The position numbers and the translations under genes were made by a program. Below the pieces are notes generated by a model. The model did no database searches, was not told the DNA's origin, and saw only the letters and a list, made by a program, of their open reading frames with translations. Of a stretch of DNA of 32,000 bases, positions 28,511-32,000 are shown in pieces; position 1 is the stretch's first letter, and each line of letters starts with the position of its first letter. Location: NCBI RefSeq assembly GCF_001457595.1, contig NZ_LN831039.1:4890001-4922000 (forward strand). The letters are read 5' to 3'. The stretch comes from Mycolicibacterium smegmatis. GTDB taxonomy: Bacteria > Actinomycetota > Actinomycetes > Mycobacteriales > Mycobacteriaceae.

Positions 28511-28987
28511 TCACTCGGTCCGGATGTGCACCTCGCAGTTGAGCGAGGCCTCCAGCGCGGTGTGGATCCGGCTCTCCGGCACGCGCTGCAGGTCGGCCTT
28601 GCGCAAGGTCACCGTCACGATGTCCCAGCCCTCGTCGCCGAGCACGCGCTCGACCTCGCCGGTGAGGCCGAACCCGGCGAGGACGCCGTGCGCGTCGTCG
28701 TCGGTGCCCCGGCTGACGAACGTCACCACGCCCGCGGTCGGGGACGTTCCGAACGCCTTGGCGCACAACGGCAGGACCATCTGCTGCAGTTGCTCTGCGT
28801 CGCTCCCGGCGATCAGCACCTCGACTTCGCGCCGGTGCGCGGGCAACTCCGCCAACTGGTCGCCCGCGAGCACCTCGGCGCAGGCGTCGGCAAGCAGTTC
28901 ACGGAGCGTGGCCATGCCTGCGGCTAACTGCGGTGGCCCGAGTTCGCCGCTGGGGTCCACGCCGACACGCACCACCGCAGTTCTCAT
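28511..28987 (-). CDS. Conserved-looking hypothetical protein
   Basis: 158 aa from MRTAVVRVGVDPSGELGPPQLAAGMATLRELLADACAEVL..; opposite strand, convergent with the hydrolase. Confidence 0.65.
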   Translation of the reverse strand: MRTAVVRVGVDPSGELGPPQLAAGMATLRELLADACAEVLAGDQLAELPAHRREVEVLIAGSDAEQLQQMVLPLCAKAFGTSPTAGVVTFVSRGTDDDAHGVLAGFGLTGEVERVLGDEGWDIVTVTLRKADLQRVPESRIHTALEASLNCEVHIRTE

Positions 28988-29014
28988 GCCGCCAAGACTA
29001 ACCGGGGACGGGAT

Positions 29015-30310
29015 ATGACCATGGCAGCCGATCTGACTGTTGCGGCCTGGTCGGGCATCACACCGCGCCTGCTGCGCGACGAACCCGAAACCGCGACCAC
29101 GTATCTCGCAGCGGGAGGCTATCGCGCCCTTGACGATCCACAGGGTTTGCTCGACGCCGTCGAGGCCTCTGGACTGCTCGGCCGCGGCGGCGCGGCGTTC
29201 CCGCTCGCGGTGAAACTGCGCACCGTGCGCGACAACGGCCGCGCGGCAGGCGGCGCCGTGGTGATCGCCAACGGCGAGGAGGGCGAACCCGCGTCGATCA
29301 AGGATCGTTGGCTGCTGCGCAACCGTCCGCACGCGGTGCTCGACGGCCTGCGGCTCGCGGCCCTGATGGTCGGTGCGCATCGCGCCGTGCTGTACACCTC
29401 GGATGCGCAGTCGGCCCGCAGCGTCGAGCACGCCCTGGCCGAGACCGGCGGCAGTTCAGGCGGCGTCGCAGTCGAACTGATCACCGTCACAACGGGTTAC
29501 GTCGCGGGCGAGGAATCCGCGGCGGTACGCGTGGTCGACGGCGGCCCGGCCAAACCCACCGACAAACCGCCACGCCCGTTCGAGGAGGGCGTGGGCGGCT
29601 ACCCCACGCTGATCAGCAACGTCGAGACGCTGGCGCACCTGGCGTACCTCAACCTGCACGGCGCGGCGGACTTCCGCGAGTACGGCACCGAAGGATCGCC
29701 GGGCACGTTTCTGGCCACCATCACCGGTGCCGGTCGTGCGCCCGCGCTCTACGAACTGCCCCACGGCGTGGCGTTCACCGATGTGCTGGCACTGCACGGC
29801 GTCTCGCCCGACACGGTCACCGGTGCGCTCATGGGGGGATACTTCGCGGGGCTGCTGGGCCGCGAGATCGTCGGCGCCACCTTGGATCACGAGACCATCC
29901 GGGGGCTGGGCAGCGGCCTGGGCTGCGGTGCGATCAGCGTCCTCACCGACGACTGCCCGGTGGCCGTCGCCGCGGCGGTGCTGAGCTACTTCGACCGCGA
30001 GAACGCCGGGCAGTGCGGTTCGTGTTTCAACGGGACCGCGGCCATGGCCGCGGTGGCCACCGCACTGCGTGACGGCACCGCGACCGACGACGACGTGGCC
30101 AGGCTCAAGCGCTGGTCGGTGGTGCTGCGCGGGCGCGGGGCCTGCGCGACGCTCGACGGTGCGTGCAATGTGGCGGCGAGCCTGCTCTCCGGTTTCGACG
30201 ATGTGGTGCGGCGCCACCTCGACAACAACTGCCCGGTGTGCCGGTCCGGCCCGTTCACCGCGACACGCCCGTACGAGGTGGAACAACTGGAATCGGTGGT
30301 GGCCGTATGA
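29015..30310 (+). CDS. NuoF-like (NADH:ubiquinone oxidoreductase 51-kDa-type) flavoprotein
   Basis: GLLGRGGAAFPLAVKLRTVRDN, VIANGEEGEPASIKDRWLLRNRPHAVLDGL (FMN/NADH fold), GQCGSCFNG and GACATLDGAC Cys motifs. Confidence 0.88.
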   Translation: MTMAADLTVAAWSGITPRLLRDEPETATTYLAAGGYRALDDPQGLLDAVEASGLLGRGGAAFPLAVKLRTVRDNGRAAGGAVVIANGEEGEPASIKDRWLLRNRPHAVLDGLRLAALMVGAHRAVLYTSDAQSARSVEHALAETGGSSGGVAVELITVTTGYVAGEESAAVRVVDGGPAKPTDKPPRPFEEGVGGYPTLISNVETLAHLAYLNLHGAADFREYGTEGSPGTFLATITGAGRAPALYELPHGVAFTDVLALHGVSPDTVTGALMGGYFAGLLGREIVGATLDHETIRGLGSGLGCGAISVLTDDCPVAVAAAVLSYFDRENAGQCGSCFNGTAAMAAVATALRDGTATDDDVARLKRWSVVLRGRGACATLDGACNVAASLLSGFDDVVRRHLDNNCPVCRSGPFTATRPYEVEQLESVVAV

Positions 30311-30537
30311 GAGTCAAACTGGACCGCACGATGTGCGACGGGTTCGGCCTGTGCGCCAGGCACGCACCCGAGTACTTCCCGCTCGACGACTGGGGTTATG
30401 CGTCGCTGCACGGTGACGGCAACGTCGCCGAGGCCGACGAGCCCGCGGTCAAGCGCGCCCTGCTCGATTGCCCCGTGCACGCGATCATCGAGTTGCGCGA
30501 GAAGCAGGCAACGCCCGCCGGCGAAACCACCAGCTGA
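30307..30537 (+). CDS. [3Fe-4S]-type ferredoxin with CxxFxxC motif
   Basis: MRVKLDRTMCDGFGLCARHAPEYFPLDDWGY...ALLDCPVHAI; ATGA overlap with the NuoF-like gene. Confidence 0.92.
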   Translation: MRVKLDRTMCDGFGLCARHAPEYFPLDDWGYASLHGDGNVAEADEPAVKRALLDCPVHAIIELREKQATPAGETTS

Positions 30538-30550
30538 TAACGTGATTCTC
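30536..30550. promoter_or_regulatory. Putative operator, GAGAAY-N3-RTTCTC family (site 5)
   Basis: gataac-gtg-attctc, 11 of 12 consensus positions; 34 bp upstream of the DUF35-thiolase start. Confidence 0.4.
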
Positions 30551-30584
30551 TGCAGACGATAACCCGCTTACCACCGGAGCCGAC

Positions 30585-32000
30585 TTGTCACAGATCCCCG
30601 GGCGTCCCCTGCCGACGGTCACCGCGCTCAACGAGTACTTCTGGACCGCGGGCCGTGACGGCGTGCTGCGCATCCAGGAATGCCGGTCGTGCGGCGCGCT
30701 GATCCATCCCCCGCAGCCGATCTGCCGCTACTGCCGCAGCCACGATCTCGGCGTCCGCGACGTGTCCGGGCGCGCGACGCTCGCGGGTTTCACGGTCAAC
30801 GAGCGGTTCGGATTCCCCGATATGCCACCGCCGTACGTGGTGGCCGAGGTTGCGATCGTCGAGGATCCGCGGGTCCGGTTGACCACCAACATCGTCGACT
30901 GCGACCCGCAGTCACTCGAGCTCGGACAACCGGTGGAGGTGTCCTTCCAGCACATCGATGACGTGTGGCTTCCGGTGTTCACCCCGTCGGCGGACACCAC
31001 GCCCACCCCGGCTCCGGTCGAGGACATCGCACCGCAGGACATCGGCAAGTTCGTCCGCCCGATGCTCACCGAGGACAAGTTCGAGGATCATTCCGCGATC
31101 ACTGGCATCGGCATGTCGAGGATCGGCAGGCGACTCATGGTGCCGCCGCTGTCGCTGACCATCGAGGCGGCCGAACGGGCCGTCGCCGACGCCGGTCTGA
31201 CGCTCGACGACATCGACGGGCTGTCCACGTACCCGGGCCTCGACATCGCCGGCATGGGCGAGGGCGGCGTCTCGGTCCTCGAAGGAGCCCTCGGGTTGCG
31301 CCCCACGTGGATCAACGGCGGTATGGACACCTTCGGCCCCGGCGGATCGGTGATCGCGGCGATGATGGCGATCTCGGCCGGGCTCGCGCGCCATGTGCTG
31401 TGCTTCCGCACGCTGTGGGAGGCCACCTTCGGCCAACTGGTCAAGGAGGGCAAGATGTCCCCTCCGATGAGCGCGCGTACCAACAGCTGGCAGCAGCCTT
31501 ACGGTGCCACGTCGGCCGCTCACACGTTGGCGCAGAACGCCGGACGCCACTTCCACCGGTACGGCACCACGCGCGAGACGCTGGGCTGGATCGCGCTCAA
31601 CCAGCGGGCCAACGCCGCGCTGAATCCCACCGCGATCTACCGCGAACCGCTGACCATGGAGGACTACCTCTCGGCACGCACCATCACCACGCCGTTCGGT
31701 CTCTACGACTGCGACGTCCCGTGCGACGGTGCGGTCGCGGTGATCGTCTCGGCCGTCGACGCCGCGCGCGATCTGCCCAAACCGCCCATCAGGTTCGAGG
31801 CCGTGGGCACCCAGATCATCGAGCGCCTCGACTGGGACCAGACCACACTCACCCACGAGCCTCAGGTGCTCGGTCAGAGTGCCCACATGTGGTCGCGAAC
31901 CTCGTTGCGGCCCAGCGATGTCGACGTGGCCGAGCTGTACGACGGTTTCACGTTCAACTGCCTGTCCTGGCTCGAGGGCCTGGGGTTCTGCGGTATCGGC
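30585..32000 (+). CDS. DUF35 (zinc ribbon + OB-fold) fused to an SCP2-type thiolase; runs off the window end
   Basis: TTG start with ccggag upstream; continuous open frame to 32000: LSQIPGRPLPTVTALNEYFWTAGRDGVLRIQECRSCGALIHPPQPICRYCRSHDLG... then ITGIGMSRIGRRLMVPPLSLTIEAAERAVADAGLTLDDIDG...VAELYDGFTFNCLSWLEGLGFCGIG. Confidence 0.88.
   Translation, partial: MSQIPGRPLPTVTALNEYFWTAGRDGVLRIQECRSCGALIHPPQPICRYCRSHDLGVRDVSGRATLAGFTVNERFGFPDMPPPYVVAEVAIVEDPRVRLTTNIVDCDPQSLELGQPVEVSFQHIDDVWLPVFTPSADTTPTPAPVEDIAPQDIGKFVRPMLTEDKFEDHSAITGIGMSRIGRRLMVPPLSLTIEAAERAVADAGLTLDDIDGLSTYPGLDIAGMGEGGVSVLEGALGLRPTWINGGMDTFGPGGSVIAAMMAISAGLARHVLCFRTLWEATFGQLVKEGKMSPPMSARTNSWQQPYGATSAAHTLAQNAGRHFHRYGTTRETLGWIALNQRANAALNPTAIYREPLTMEDYLSARTITTPFGLYDCDVPCDGAVAVIVSAVDAARDLPKPPIRFEAVGTQIIERLDWDQTTLTHEPQVLGQSAHMWSRTSLRPSDVDVAELYDGFTFNCLSWLEGLGFCGIG

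Noticed and set aside
28504-28515. Perfect 12-bp palindrome agtgagctcact
   Set aside because: Made by two convergent stop codons facing each other (TGA/TCA); too short for a terminator, so probably incidental.

Overview
High-GC actinobacterial DNA, most likely Mycobacterium/Mycolicibacterium: it has a complete yrbE/mce operon, small secreted Cys-pair proteins and a mycofactocin-type SDR. The window looks like one large catabolic and import locus for a hydrophobic, steroid- or isoprenoid-like substrate. From left to right it contains: the end of a DUF35 OB-fold gene plus an SCP2-type thiolase; a TetR regulator divergent from a P450; four small secreted proteins; and a minus-strand block running aldehyde dehydrogenase, CaiB-type CoA transferase, small hypothetical, yrbEA, yrbEB, mceA-F. 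These are followed by two SDRs, a CxxHxxC ferredoxin, a second P450, a hemophore-like secreted protein, an acyl-CoA dehydrogenase pair (minus), two amidohydrolases, a Rieske protein, an alpha/beta-hydrolase-fold protein, a hypothetical (minus), a NuoF-like flavoprotein, a CxxFxxC ferredoxin, and a DUF35-thiolase fusion truncated by the window end. The main points for follow-up are: (1) a recurring 15-bp palindromic operator, GAGAAY-N3-RTTCTC, at three intergenic control points spanning 12 kb; (2) a clear 1-nt frameshift after the lipobox of mceE; (3) an SCP2-thiolase fused to its DUF35 partner and lacking the nucleophilic Cys; (4) a stand-alone NuoF-like flavoprotein with an altered Fe-S motif next to a ferredoxin; (5) two tandem palindromes, 11 bp apart, in front of the TetR/P450 pair. 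All family assignments come from motif recognition; no database search was run.
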